A stretch of DNA of 49,580 nucleotides from Acidimicrobiia bacterium. Lineage in GTDB: Bacteria; Actinomycetota; Acidimicrobiia; Spongiisociales; SHLN01. The notes beneath the pieces were generated by a model. It saw only the letters and a program-made list of their open reading frames with translations, was not told the DNA's origin and did not search any database. This document shows, in pieces, positions 21,112-29,420 of the stretch (positions are counted from its first letter, which is position 1; every line of letters starts with the position of its first letter). The stretch covers positions 1-49,580 of the forward strand of contig JBFKDW010000011.1 of the NCBI GenBank assembly GCA_041619515.1, given 5' to 3'. The position numbers were made by a program, and so were the translations under genes.

Positions 21112-21521
21112 TGCGCTCGGATTTCTCCGTGGGCGGCGTCGTCACCGACCCGAACGGGCGGGTGGCGCTGATTCGGACGGTCAGCCTCAAAGGCGCCGTT
21201 GTCTGGGGCTTGCCGAAAGGTCATCCCAAGCCCGGCGAAGATGCCCTAGCGGCCGCCGTCCGCGAGGTTCAAGAGGAAACCGGCCTGCAGGTGTCGGTCT
21301 CGGAAGCCCGGCCGGCGGCCCGGATCGACTACTGGTTCGTGGCCAAGGATGGGGAGCGGGTTCACAAGCGGGTCGACTTCTATCGCATGGAAGCGGTGGG
21401 CGGCGACATCTCCCACCACGACGACGAAGTCGACGAGGTCGCCTTGCTCGATCCGAAACAGGCCCGGGAGCGGCTCAGCTACGACAACGAGCGAGCCGCG
21501 CTCGACGAGGCCCTCGCCTGA
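21111..21521 (+). CDS. NUDIX hydrolase (MutT4/Ap4A hydrolase-like)
   Basis: WGLPKGHPKPGEDALAAAVREVQEETG Nudix box; IDYWF...VHKRVDFY as in the actinobacterial cca-divergent NUDIX. Confidence 0.9.
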   Translation: MRSDFSVGGVVTDPNGRVALIRTVSLKGAVVWGLPKGHPKPGEDALAAAVREVQEETGLQVSVSEARPAARIDYWFVAKDGERVHKRVDFYRMEAVGGDISHHDDEVDEVALLDPKQARERLSYDNERAALDEALA

Positions 21522-22252
21522 TGCGGGTCCGCGGCGAGTGGCCCAACCCGGTCGCCATCCGTGGGGGCTGGGGGCGGGCGGTGGCCCGGCCCTGGAACCG
21601 ATTCCGCAGTGACGCCCACCTCCGCCTGATACGCGGTTCGGCATCGTTCTTGTCGGCGGCGGCCGACACGGTGCTCGGATTGGGTGCCACCGCCGTGGTG
21701 TCACCTCCGCTCCTGGGCGGGACGCAGACGGCCTGGAGAGCTGCCGGGTTCCACACGTACACGACGCTCACCCTGTTGCGGAAACCACTCGACGGCTCGG
21801 CACCCGACAGCCGGGATGTGCGACCGCTCGGTGAGGGGAGCTGGATGCACGTGCTCGCAATCGATGCCGCCGCCTTCGGCAAGCGATGGACGGTGGCGCT
21901 CCCGGCGCTGGTGGAGGCGCTTCGGACCACCAGCACGAGCGTCCTGCTCGGAATCGATGATTCGGAGTCCGGGACGCTGGCCGGGTATGCGATCGTGGGC
22001 TGCGGGGGGTCGACCGGGTACCTGCAGAGAATCGCGGTGGACCCGGCCTTTCACCGCCGCGGCCTCGGCCGATCCCTCACCAGGGCGTCGGAGAGCTGGG
22101 CAGGGCGCCACGGCGCCCGCACCATGGTCCTGAACACCAAGCCGCAGAACAACGCCGCCCTGTCGCTGTACGGTTCCCAGGGCTACGTAGCCCTCCCCGA
22201 CCGCCTGGAGCTGCTCCGCTACGGACGGGTGCAGCCGGGACCGCGTGCCTGA
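21521..22252 (+). CDS. GNAT acetyltransferase (degenerate N-terminal lobe plus RimI-like C-terminal GNAT)
   Basis: YLQRIAVDPAFHRRGLGRSL, NNAALSLYGSQGY; TGATG overlap with NUDIX. Confidence 0.85.
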   Translation: MRVRGEWPNPVAIRGGWGRAVARPWNRFRSDAHLRLIRGSASFLSAAADTVLGLGATAVVSPPLLGGTQTAWRAAGFHTYTTLTLLRKPLDGSAPDSRDVRPLGEGSWMHVLAIDAAAFGKRWTVALPALVEALRTTSTSVLLGIDDSESGTLAGYAIVGCGGSTGYLQRIAVDPAFHRRGLGRSLTRASESWAGRHGARTMVLNTKPQNNAALSLYGSQGYVALPDRLELLRYGRVQPGPRA

Positions 22253-22278
22253 TTGCGTTCGACAACTAACTTGGCGGC

Positions 22279-23100
22279 ATGATCCGCATCCTGACGGACT
22301 CTTCGGCCGACCTGTCCCCGGCGGTTGCCGCCGAGCATCGGATCGAAGTGGTACCGCTCACGATCCGTTTCGGGACCGACGAGTTCGTCGACCGACACGA
22401 CCTCACAGCCGACGCGTTCTGGGCCCGCCTCGGCAGGTCCGACACACTCCCGACGACGGCAGCTCCCTCGGCCGGGGCGTTCCAGGATGCGTATCAGCGG
22501 CTGGCCGAAAGCGGGGCCGGCGGCGTCGTCGCGGTGTGCATCAGCCAGAAGCTGAGCGGCACGTACCAGGCGGCCGCCCTGGCCGCCCGCCGGGCACCGA
22601 TTCCCGTGCATGTCATCGACTCCGGAACCGCCTCATTGCCGCTCGGGCTCACCGCCATCGCCGCCTCCGAGGCGGCTCGCCTCGGAGCCGATCTCGCTGA
22701 TGTGGCGGCGGCGGTTGCCGGCGCCGACACCGATCTGCTGGCCACGCTCGATACCCTCGAGTACCTCCAGAAAGGCGGCCGGATCGGGCCGGCCGCCGCC
22801 CTCTTCGGAGGGCTGCTCGACGTCAAGCCCCTGATCGGGATACAGGACGGGCTGGTCGTCGCGGCCGGCAGGGTGAGAACCCGCCGCAAAGCTCTCAAAG
22901 CCCTCCTCGATTGGCTGGTGGATAAGCGCGGTGTCACCGGGCTGGGGGTGGTGCACGGAAACGCTCCCGACATCGACGTCTTCCTCGACCAGCTCGGTGA
23001 GCGCTTTCCCGACGTCGCGCCACTCGTCTCGCTGGCCGGGCCGGTGATCGGCACCCACGCCGGGCCGGGGTTCATCGGCGTCGCCGTGACGCGGAGCTGA
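22279..23100 (+). CDS. DegV/FakB family fatty-acid-binding protein
   Basis: ILTDSSADL, PTTAAPS, ISQKLSGTYQAA, LEYLQKGGRIG, VIGTHAGPG. Confidence 0.93.
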   Translation: MIRILTDSSADLSPAVAAEHRIEVVPLTIRFGTDEFVDRHDLTADAFWARLGRSDTLPTTAAPSAGAFQDAYQRLAESGAGGVVAVCISQKLSGTYQAAALAARRAPIPVHVIDSGTASLPLGLTAIAASEAARLGADLADVAAAVAGADTDLLATLDTLEYLQKGGRIGPAAALFGGLLDVKPLIGIQDGLVVAAGRVRTRRKALKALLDWLVDKRGVTGLGVVHGNAPDIDVFLDQLGERFPDVAPLVSLAGPVIGTHAGPGFIGVAVTRS

Positions 23101-23101
23101 G

Positions 23102-24418
23102 GTGGCGGCCAACCTTCCGGCCCGCTACCAGCTGGAGATCCGGCTCGGCCGTGAGCAGGACGTCGAAGAATGGCTCGCCACCGACCTGACGCTCGACCGG
23201 CCGGTTCTCATCCGGCTGCTCGGGCCCGAGGTCGGCGCCGAGCGCCGGCGGCAGTTCCTCGCCGACGTGCGCGCCCTGGCATCGGTGTCGCATTCACACC
23301 TGCTGGAGGTCTATGCCGCCGGGACCGACGGTGAGCACACCTGGATGGTGGCAGAGTGGGCGGGAGGAGTCACGATTGCGGACCGGCTGCGAGCGGGCAC
23401 CACGATTCCGGTCGAGGAGTTCCTGCCAAACGGGGCCGGCCTCGCCGACGCCCTGGCGCAGTTGCACGCCCTCGGGATCATCCACGGGTCCATTGGGCCG
23501 GATGCGATCAGCTTCGCCGGTGCCCATCCCGCCAAGCTGATGTACTTTGCCCACCCGGATGCCGGCCAGACACCGCAGGACGATGTCGCCGACCTCGCCG
23601 CCACCCTCGAGTCGGCCCTCACCGGGCTGGGAGACGACGCTCCCCCGCCCTCGCAACTGACCGACGGAATCCACCGGTCGGTCGACGACGCCCTTGCCGA
23701 CGCCAGGGCAGGCAAGCTCAGCGCCGCCGCCTTCGCGGCCAGACTGCAGGCCGCACCCTCGGTGCCGTCCAGGCGGCGAGGCGGCGGCTGGTCCTGGCGC
23801 TGGGCCGTCCCGGCGCTGGCGGTCGGAGCGCTGGCGATGGTGGTGACCTTGTTCAACCCGCTCCGCCGGTCGGAAGCCGTTCCGCCGTTCGCCCTGCCCG
23901 AGCCTCCGACCACCACCGTCGCTCCCACCACGACGACGACCACCACCGTGCCGGACGTCAGGGTGATCGTGGTGGATGTGCTGGATCCGTCGCAGGACGG
24001 GGAACGGGACGCCGAGTTGCCGAACGTCGTCGACGGCGACATCCTCACCGCCTGGCGCACCGAGCGCTACTTCGCACCCATCCAGGTGATCAAGCCCGGA
24101 GTGGGGGTCAGCTTCGTCCTCGACCGGTCGCCGGCCACCATCGAGCTGGTGGCCAGCCCGGACACCGTGTACGAGATCCGATGGGCTGCCACGGTGCCGG
24201 ACGACCTCTCCGGCTGGGAAACCGTCGGCGGGGGGCAGATGCCGGCCCTGGCTGAGGCGGGAGCCTCCGCGCCGCTCGTCACGATGGACCTCCCACCTCG
24301 GGAGGGGGGTTTCTGGCTGCTGTGGCTGACCGAACTCACCTACCAGGGTCAATCCGACGACGATCCGCCGCGCGATTTCTACTACTCGTTCGTGTACGAA
24401 GTACGGTTCGAGCCGTGA
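23102..24418 (+). CDS. Membrane Ser/Thr pseudokinase (MviN kinase-homology-like) with TM and extracellular domain
   Basis: ARYQLEIRLG...WLATDLTLDRPVLIR, HSHLLEVY, LHALGIIHGSI. Catalytic K, HRD and DFG not retained. TM, Thr-rich linker, extracellular DGDILTAWRTERY domain. Confidence 0.75.
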   Translation: MAANLPARYQLEIRLGREQDVEEWLATDLTLDRPVLIRLLGPEVGAERRRQFLADVRALASVSHSHLLEVYAAGTDGEHTWMVAEWAGGVTIADRLRAGTTIPVEEFLPNGAGLADALAQLHALGIIHGSIGPDAISFAGAHPAKLMYFAHPDAGQTPQDDVADLAATLESALTGLGDDAPPPSQLTDGIHRSVDDALADARAGKLSAAAFAARLQAAPSVPSRRRGGGWSWRWAVPALAVGALAMVVTLFNPLRRSEAVPPFALPEPPTTTVAPTTTTTTTVPDVRVIVVDVLDPSQDGERDAELPNVVDGDILTAWRTERYFAPIQVIKPGVGVSFVLDRSPATIELVASPDTVYEIRWAATVPDDLSGWETVGGGQMPALAEAGASAPLVTMDLPPREGGFWLLWLTELTYQGQSDDDPPRDFYYSFVYEVRFEP

Positions 24419-24981
24419 GTGAAGACACCGACCTGCTGGACAGGTTCATCGCCGGGGATCAGGAGGCGTTCAACCAGTTGATGCGCGCCCACGAGGACCG
24501 GGTGTTCGCCATCGCTCTCCGGATGATGCGCAGCCGCGACGCCGCGCTGGACGCCACCCAGGAAACCTTCTTGACGCTGTTCCGCAAGGCGGACCGGTTC
24601 CACCGCCAGTCGGCCTTCTCAACCTGGCTGTACCGGGTGACGATCAACACGTGCTACGACCAGCTCCGCAAGCAGAAACGGTCCCAAGCCGACGCCCTCC
24701 CCGAGACAAACGATCCCCCCGACACCCGGTCCGAGGACGAGCTGGCCGGAGTCGAGCTCCGGCCCGACCTGGCCCGGGCGTTGGCGTCGCTTCCGGAAGA
24801 CTTCCGGGCGGCCGTTGTGTTGTCCGACTTCGAGGGAAACTCGCTGGAGACGGTGGCCGAGATCCTGGAGGTACCCGTCGGCACCGTGAAGTCGCGGCTG
24901 TTCAGGGGACGACGGCTGCTGGCGGAGAAGCTCGGGAACCTTTCGACCACGTCAAAGCCTCAAAGGGATGAGCATGGATAG
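24415..24981 (+). CDS. sigM: ECF RNA polymerase sigma factor, SigM-like
   Basis: DATQETFL, SAFSTWLYRVTINTCYD, VPVGTVKSRLFRGR; syntenic upstream of anti-sigma-trxB; GTGA overlap with the pseudokinase. Confidence 0.8.
   Translation: MSEDTDLLDRFIAGDQEAFNQLMRAHEDRVFAIALRMMRSRDAALDATQETFLTLFRKADRFHRQSAFSTWLYRVTINTCYDQLRKQKRSQADALPETNDPPDTRSEDELAGVELRPDLARALASLPEDFRAAVVLSDFEGNSLETVAEILEVPVGTVKSRLFRGRRLLAEKLGNLSTTSKPQRDEHG
24935..24962 (+). promoter_or_regulatory. Candidate SigM-type internal promoter for the anti-sigma gene
   Basis: GGAACC-N17-CCTCA in the sigM 3' end, one mismatch to the GGAAC...CGTCR ECF consensus. Confidence 0.35.
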
Positions 24982-25831
24982 GCATACCCAAGACCTCATT
25001 TTCGATCTGGCCGCCGGGAACCTTCCCGAAGCCGAGGCTCGCGCCGCAGAAGCCTCGCTCGGCGCCGAGGGACGCGCCGAGCTGGCGGCTCAGCGGGCCG
25101 TGCTGGCCGCCATCGCCGACGCTCCCCCGGTCGCCATGACCGACATCGAGCGTGCCTATCTGCACCGGTCGGTGGCCGGGGCCGTCGCCGACACCACCCG
25201 CGAGATGAGCCCGGTGGCGGTTGCCGCTCCCGCCCCCGGGGTCCCGAGAGCCCGGTCGGTGCGCTGGATGCGCTGGGCTTCGGCGGCCGCGGTTGCTGCG
25301 ATGTTCGTCGGCGTGGTGGCGGTCGGCTCCCAGCTCGGGAGCCTCACCCCGGCCGGCGATAGCGACACCAGCGACACGCTGGCGGCCACGAACGCCGACA
25401 TGAGCTCCTCGACGAGCGCCCCGGCCATCGCGGCGGCCCCCAACGGCTCGGTAGCGGGCGGCTTCGCCGCCGAAAGCGACGGTGCGCCCCTCGACGCTTC
25501 GAACCAGGCGTGGATGCTGCCGGTCGCTCCGCCGTTGGCTCAGGCCAGGGAGAAGTCGGATCTGGACTCGGTGGCGGGATGGTTGGTGGAGACGGGTCGG
25601 CGTACCTCGCTGGAGGATGTCGAGGACATCACGTCGCTCCCCTGTTATGCGGTCGCGTCGGAGGACGACGATCTCGAGATCGTCGAAGCCTTCACGCTCA
25701 CGTATCCGGGGCCGGATGGCGAGCCCGCCCCCGGCATCGGATACGCCGACGCCGGGACCGACGTTGCCGAACCGGTGATCCGGATCTACGACCTCGAAAC
25801 CTGCGAGCCGGTCCTCTCAACCACGGACTGA
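24968..25831 (+). CDS. Membrane anti-sigma factor, RsmA-like
   Basis: Overlaps sigM; N-terminal anti-sigma-like helix DLAAGNL, one TM (WASAAAVAAMFVGVVAVG), Ala/Ser-rich linker, C-terminal domain with two Cys. Confidence 0.7.
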   Translation: MSMDRHTQDLIFDLAAGNLPEAEARAAEASLGAEGRAELAAQRAVLAAIADAPPVAMTDIERAYLHRSVAGAVADTTREMSPVAVAAPAPGVPRARSVRWMRWASAAAVAAMFVGVVAVGSQLGSLTPAGDSDTSDTLAATNADMSSSTSAPAIAAAPNGSVAGGFAAESDGAPLDASNQAWMLPVAPPLAQAREKSDLDSVAGWLVETGRRTSLEDVEDITSLPCYAVASEDDDLEIVEAFTLTYPGPDGEPAPGIGYADAGTDVAEPVIRIYDLETCEPVLSTTD

Positions 25832-25893
25832 TAACTCCGGGTACCGGGTGCCACTCGGGTCGGGTTCAAACGCCCGCTAGCATCGCGCAGGTT

Positions 25894-26181
25894 GTGGACG
25901 ATTTTCCGGTCAAACTCGCCGACCTTCTCGAAGGGGTTGCCTCCAAAGCGCGCTCGCTCACCGTTGATCGGGTTGCGCACTGGACGAAGATGGCCGCCCT
26001 CGGGATGGTGGCTGCCACCCTGGGGATGCTCGCCGTCCTCTTCCTCATCATCGGTCTCTTCCGGCTGCTCTCCTCGCTGATCGGCGTCACCCCCGCCTAC
26101 GCCGTCCTGGGTGGAATCTTCCTGGCGGCAGGAGTGTTCCTGTGGGTCAAGCGCACGAAAGCTCCCAAGGACTCCGAATGA
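25894..26181 (+). CDS. Small two-TM membrane protein (holin-like topology) coupled to trxB
   Basis: MDDFPVKLADLLEGVASKARSLTVDRV then two TMs and a basic tail; ATGA overlap with trxB. Start uncertain. Confidence 0.65.
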   Translation: MDDFPVKLADLLEGVASKARSLTVDRVAHWTKMAALGMVAATLGMLAVLFLIIGLFRLLSSLIGVTPAYAVLGGIFLAAGVFLWVKRTKAPKDSE

Positions 26182-27098
26182 GCGAACAGGTTCTCATCAT
26201 CGGCTCCGGGCCGGCCGGGCTCACCGCCGCCGTCTACGCCGCCCGGGCTGATCTCAGACCCCTCATGATCGAAGGAATGGCCGCCGGCGGTCAGCTGATG
26301 CTGACAACCGACGTCGAGAACTACCCGGGCTTTCCCGACGGGATCATGGGTCCCGAGTTGATGGAGCAGTTTCGCAAGCAGGCGGAGCGCTTCGGAACCC
26401 GCATCGTGACGGCCGACGCCACCCGGGTCGATTTCAGCGCACGCCCGTTCCGGGTTTGGGTCGACGCCGACGAATACCGGGCCGACAGCATCATCATTGC
26501 CACCGGGGCATCCGCCCGATGGCTCGGCTTGGAAAACGAGGAGCGCCTGAGGGGCCATGGGGTATCGGCCTGTGCGACGTGTGACGGGTTCTTCTTCCGC
26601 GACGTGGAGGTCGCCGTCGTCGGGGGAGGTGACTCGGCGATGGAAGAGGCGCTGTTCCTGGCCAAGTTCGCCAGCAAGGTGACCATCATTCACCGCCGCG
26701 ACGAGTTCCGGGCGTCGAAGATCATGGAGCGCCGGGCATTGGAGCACCAGAAGATCGAGGTGATGTGGGACACGGTTGTGGAAGATGTTCTCGGCGACAG
26801 CCAGGTCGAGGGGCTCATGGTCCGCAACGTCGTGACGGATGAGGTTTCCGAGTTCAAGACCGGAGGACTGTTTCTCGCCATCGGGCACACCCCGAACACC
26901 GAGTTGTTCCGGGACCAGCTCGATGTCGACGAGGCGGGGTACATCGTGTATCGAGGTCCCGGCACGCAGACATCGGTCGACGGCGTGTTCGCAGCGGGCG
27001 ACGTCGCCGACCACACCTACCGCCAAGCCGTCACGGCGGCAGGCAGCGGATGTATGGCTGCGATCGATGCGGAACGGTGGCTGGCAGACCAGGAATGA
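26178..27098 (+). CDS. trxB: Thioredoxin-disulfide reductase
   Basis: IIGSGPAG, GGQLMLTTDVENYPGF, CATCDG, GGGDSAMEEA, GVFAAGDV. Confidence 0.97.
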   Translation: MSEQVLIIGSGPAGLTAAVYAARADLRPLMIEGMAAGGQLMLTTDVENYPGFPDGIMGPELMEQFRKQAERFGTRIVTADATRVDFSARPFRVWVDADEYRADSIIIATGASARWLGLENEERLRGHGVSACATCDGFFFRDVEVAVVGGGDSAMEEALFLAKFASKVTIIHRRDEFRASKIMERRALEHQKIEVMWDTVVEDVLGDSQVEGLMVRNVVTDEVSEFKTGGLFLAIGHTPNTELFRDQLDVDEAGYIVYRGPGTQTSVDGVFAAGDVADHTYRQAVTAAGSGCMAAIDAERWLADQE

Positions 27099-27117
27099 AG
27101 TTCCCCTTCTGCTGGTT
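27092..27117 (+). promoter_or_regulatory. SigR/SigH-type promoter for trxA
   Basis: Exact GGAAT-N18-GTT overlapping the trxB stop codon. Confidence 0.65.
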
Positions 27118-27146
27118 ACCATCTCGATACTTCGCACACGACAAGG

Positions 27147-27473
27147 ATGACTATGTCTGACAACACCATCACCGCCACCGACTCCACGTTCACCGACATC
27201 GTGAGCGGCGACAAGCCGGTTCTCGTTGACTTCTGGGCCGAGTGGTGCGGCCCCTGCCGGATGGTGGCACCGATCCTGGAGGAAGTCGCCTCAGAAACCG
27301 AGACGATTTCCATCGCCAAGCTCAACGTCGATGAGAACCCTCAGGTCGCCATGCAACACGACGTCATGAGCATCCCCACCCTCATCCTCTTCCAGGACGG
27401 CGTCGAGAAGAAGCGCCTGGTGGGAGCACGTTCCAAGGCGGCTCTCCTCGACGAGCTGGCCGAGTTCATCTAA
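27147..27473 (+). CDS. trxA: Thioredoxin
   Basis: VDFWAEWCGPC, SIPTL. Start is 27147 or 27153. Confidence 0.97.
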   Translation: MTMSDNTITATDSTFTDIVSGDKPVLVDFWAEWCGPCRMVAPILEEVASETETISIAKLNVDENPQVAMQHDVMSIPTLILFQDGVEKKRLVGARSKAALLDELAEFI

Positions 27474-27494
27474 CAGGTCCCCCACCGCAACGCT

Positions 27495-27524
27495 GAGGGC
27501 CGGGTTCCCACCAACCCGGCCCTC
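27495..27524 (+). terminator. Stem-loop after trxA, probably a terminator (no U-tract)
   Basis: Perfect 12-bp inverted repeat GAGGGCCGGGTT-cccacc-AACCCGGCCCTC. Confidence 0.55.
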
Positions 27525-27580
27525 GTGCGCGCCCGGCCGACAAGGCCTACGTTCGGCTCGCCCGCCTCTACCATCTGGGC

Positions 27581-28531
27581 ATGCGTCTCTATCGCCGCAA
27601 CGACACCGGCGAGGCCGTCCGTGATATTCAGGAGCGCCTCGCTCGCCTCGCCTATGACCTGGATATAACTGGAACGTTCGACGACGTGACTCAGGCGGCC
27701 GTCCGGGCGTTCCAGGAGCGTCGCGGCGTTCCCGCCGATGGCATCGTCGGCCCCGACACGTGGCGTGAGCTGGTGGAGGCCGACCGCAATATCGGGGACC
27801 GGGTTCTCTACTACCGACGACCGATGATGCGGGGAGACGACGTCGCCTTGCTGCAGCGGCAACTCAACCTGCTGGGGTTCGACAGCGGCAAGGAAGACGG
27901 GATCTTCGGGCCCGATACCCAGCGCGGCCTCATCGAGTTCCAGGAAAGCCGCCGACTGGCCGAGGATGGCATGCTCGGACCGGTCGTCCTGGCCGAGCTG
28001 AAGCGAGTCGGCCGGGCCATGGGTGAGACGGGACGGCACGCCATCGCCGAGCGCCAGTGGCTGCGCGACATGCCGCGGTCCATCGCCGGCCTTCGGGTAG
28101 CCGTCGACCCTTCGTGTCGGGGAAAGGCCGAGGCAGAGAGCGCCTGGCTGGCCGCCTCCGGGCTGGCCGCCTCCCTCACCGACTTCGCTGCTGTTCCAAT
28201 TATTACCAGATCAGAGGATGTGTGGGCCGACGAGTCGCTCCGCGCCCGTCACGCCAACGACAGCGGGGCCGACTTCGTCATCAGCATCACCGAGCCTGAT
28301 CCGGGGGAGCCCGGTGTCTATCACTTCGCCACTCCGACCAGCCACAGTGAGGTCGGTGTTCGCCTTGGCCAGCACCTCGGCCGGGCGCTCGGCTTGCCAT
28401 CGCAGGGCCGCTCGACCTCCATCCTGCGAGAGACCCGATCTCCGGCCGTCGTGGTTGCCGCCGTCGTGCTGGACGAGGCCCTCGGCAAGGCCATCGCGGC
28501 GGCGCTCGAAGGGTTTCTGACCGAGGAGTGA
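27581..28531 (+). CDS. cwlM: CwlM-like protein: two peptidoglycan-binding domains plus degenerate amidase_3 domain
   Basis: AVRAFQERRG..DGIVGPDTW, GDRVLY, RGDDVALLQ, DGIFGPDT; amidase-like RVAVDPS...RARHAN...ILRETRSPAV; syntenic after trxA. Confidence 0.8.
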   Translation: MRLYRRNDTGEAVRDIQERLARLAYDLDITGTFDDVTQAAVRAFQERRGVPADGIVGPDTWRELVEADRNIGDRVLYYRRPMMRGDDVALLQRQLNLLGFDSGKEDGIFGPDTQRGLIEFQESRRLAEDGMLGPVVLAELKRVGRAMGETGRHAIAERQWLRDMPRSIAGLRVAVDPSCRGKAEAESAWLAASGLAASLTDFAAVPIITRSEDVWADESLRARHANDSGADFVISITEPDPGEPGVYHFATPTSHSEVGVRLGQHLGRALGLPSQGRSTSILRETRSPAVVVAAVVLDEALGKAIAAALEGFLTEE

Positions 28532-28547
28532 GTGCCTCCCGGCGGCC

Positions 28548-29420
28548 CTACTCCCCAAACATCGCCCGGTAGATGCGCTCGAGCTCCTCGAGGCCGCTGA
28601 AATTGAGCACGACCTTGCCGGTCCTGCCGTTGTAGTTGATCTTCACCCTGGCGTCGAGCCGCTCGGCCAGCCGCTGTTCGAGCGAGGCGAGCTCCGGGGG
28701 CCGCTGGCTCTTGGCCCGGGGGCCGGCGGCGGTGCCACCGGTGCCGGCCCGAGCGCGGGCTGCTTCCTCGACCATGCGAACCGACCATCCCTCGGCGGCG
28801 GCGCGCTTGGCGATGTGCTCGGCGTAGACCTGATCCTCGATCGCCACCAATGCCTTGGCGTGACCGGCCGTCAGTTCCCCTCGCTCGATCAGCCCCTGGA
28901 CGCTGGCCGGCAACTGGAGCAGCCTGACCGTGTTGGTGATGGTCGAGCGGCTCTTGGCGACCCGCTTTCCAACCTGCTCGTGTGTCCACCCGAAATCCTC
29001 CATCAGCTGGCTGAAGGCGGCAGCCTGCTCGAGCGGCCCGAGCTGTTCGCGCTGCACGTTCTCGATGAGCGCTTCCGTGAGGTTGTGCCACTGTTCCTCG
29101 TCCTCGTCTCGAATCACCGCCGGGATGTCGACCATTCCGGCAAGTCGTGCCGCTCTCCATCGCCGCTCGCCGGCCACCAGCTCGAAGCCGTCGGCACGGG
29201 CGCGCACGAGCACCGGTTGCAGGACACCCACTTCCCGGATGGAATCGGCCAGATCCTTGAGCGCCGCCTCGTCGAAGGTCGTGCGCGGCTGGCTCGGGTT
29301 GGGTTTGATTTCGTCGAGGGGAATGAGCGCAAACCCGACCGCGGCCGCCCCGGTCGTAGCCTCGCCCTGGGGGATGAGAGCGTCCAGCCCTCGACCCAAC
29401 CCACCTTTACGTTCGGCCAT
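28548..29420 (-). CDS. parB: Chromosome partitioning protein ParB
   Basis: GLGRGLDALI, NPSQPR, GVLQP, AGERRWRA, ALIENVQRE, KSRSTITNTVRLL. Confidence 0.96.
   Translation of the reverse strand: MAERKGGLGRGLDALIPQGEATTGAAAVGFALIPLDEIKPNPSQPRTTFDEAALKDLADSIREVGVLQPVLVRARADGFELVAGERRWRAARLAGMVDIPAVIRDEDEEQWHNLTEALIENVQREQLGPLEQAAAFSQLMEDFGWTHEQVGKRVAKSRSTITNTVRLLQLPASVQGLIERGELTAGHAKALVAIEDQVYAEHIAKRAAAEGWSVRMVEEAARARAGTGGTAAGPRAKSQRPPELASLEQRLAERLDARVKINYNGRTGKVVLNFSGLEELERIYRAMFGE

Noticed and set aside
23905..23950. ACC/ACG triplet runs, with similar runs in btuF near 45800-45905
   Set aside because: They encode ordinary Thr/Pro-rich linkers, not a DNA repeat element.
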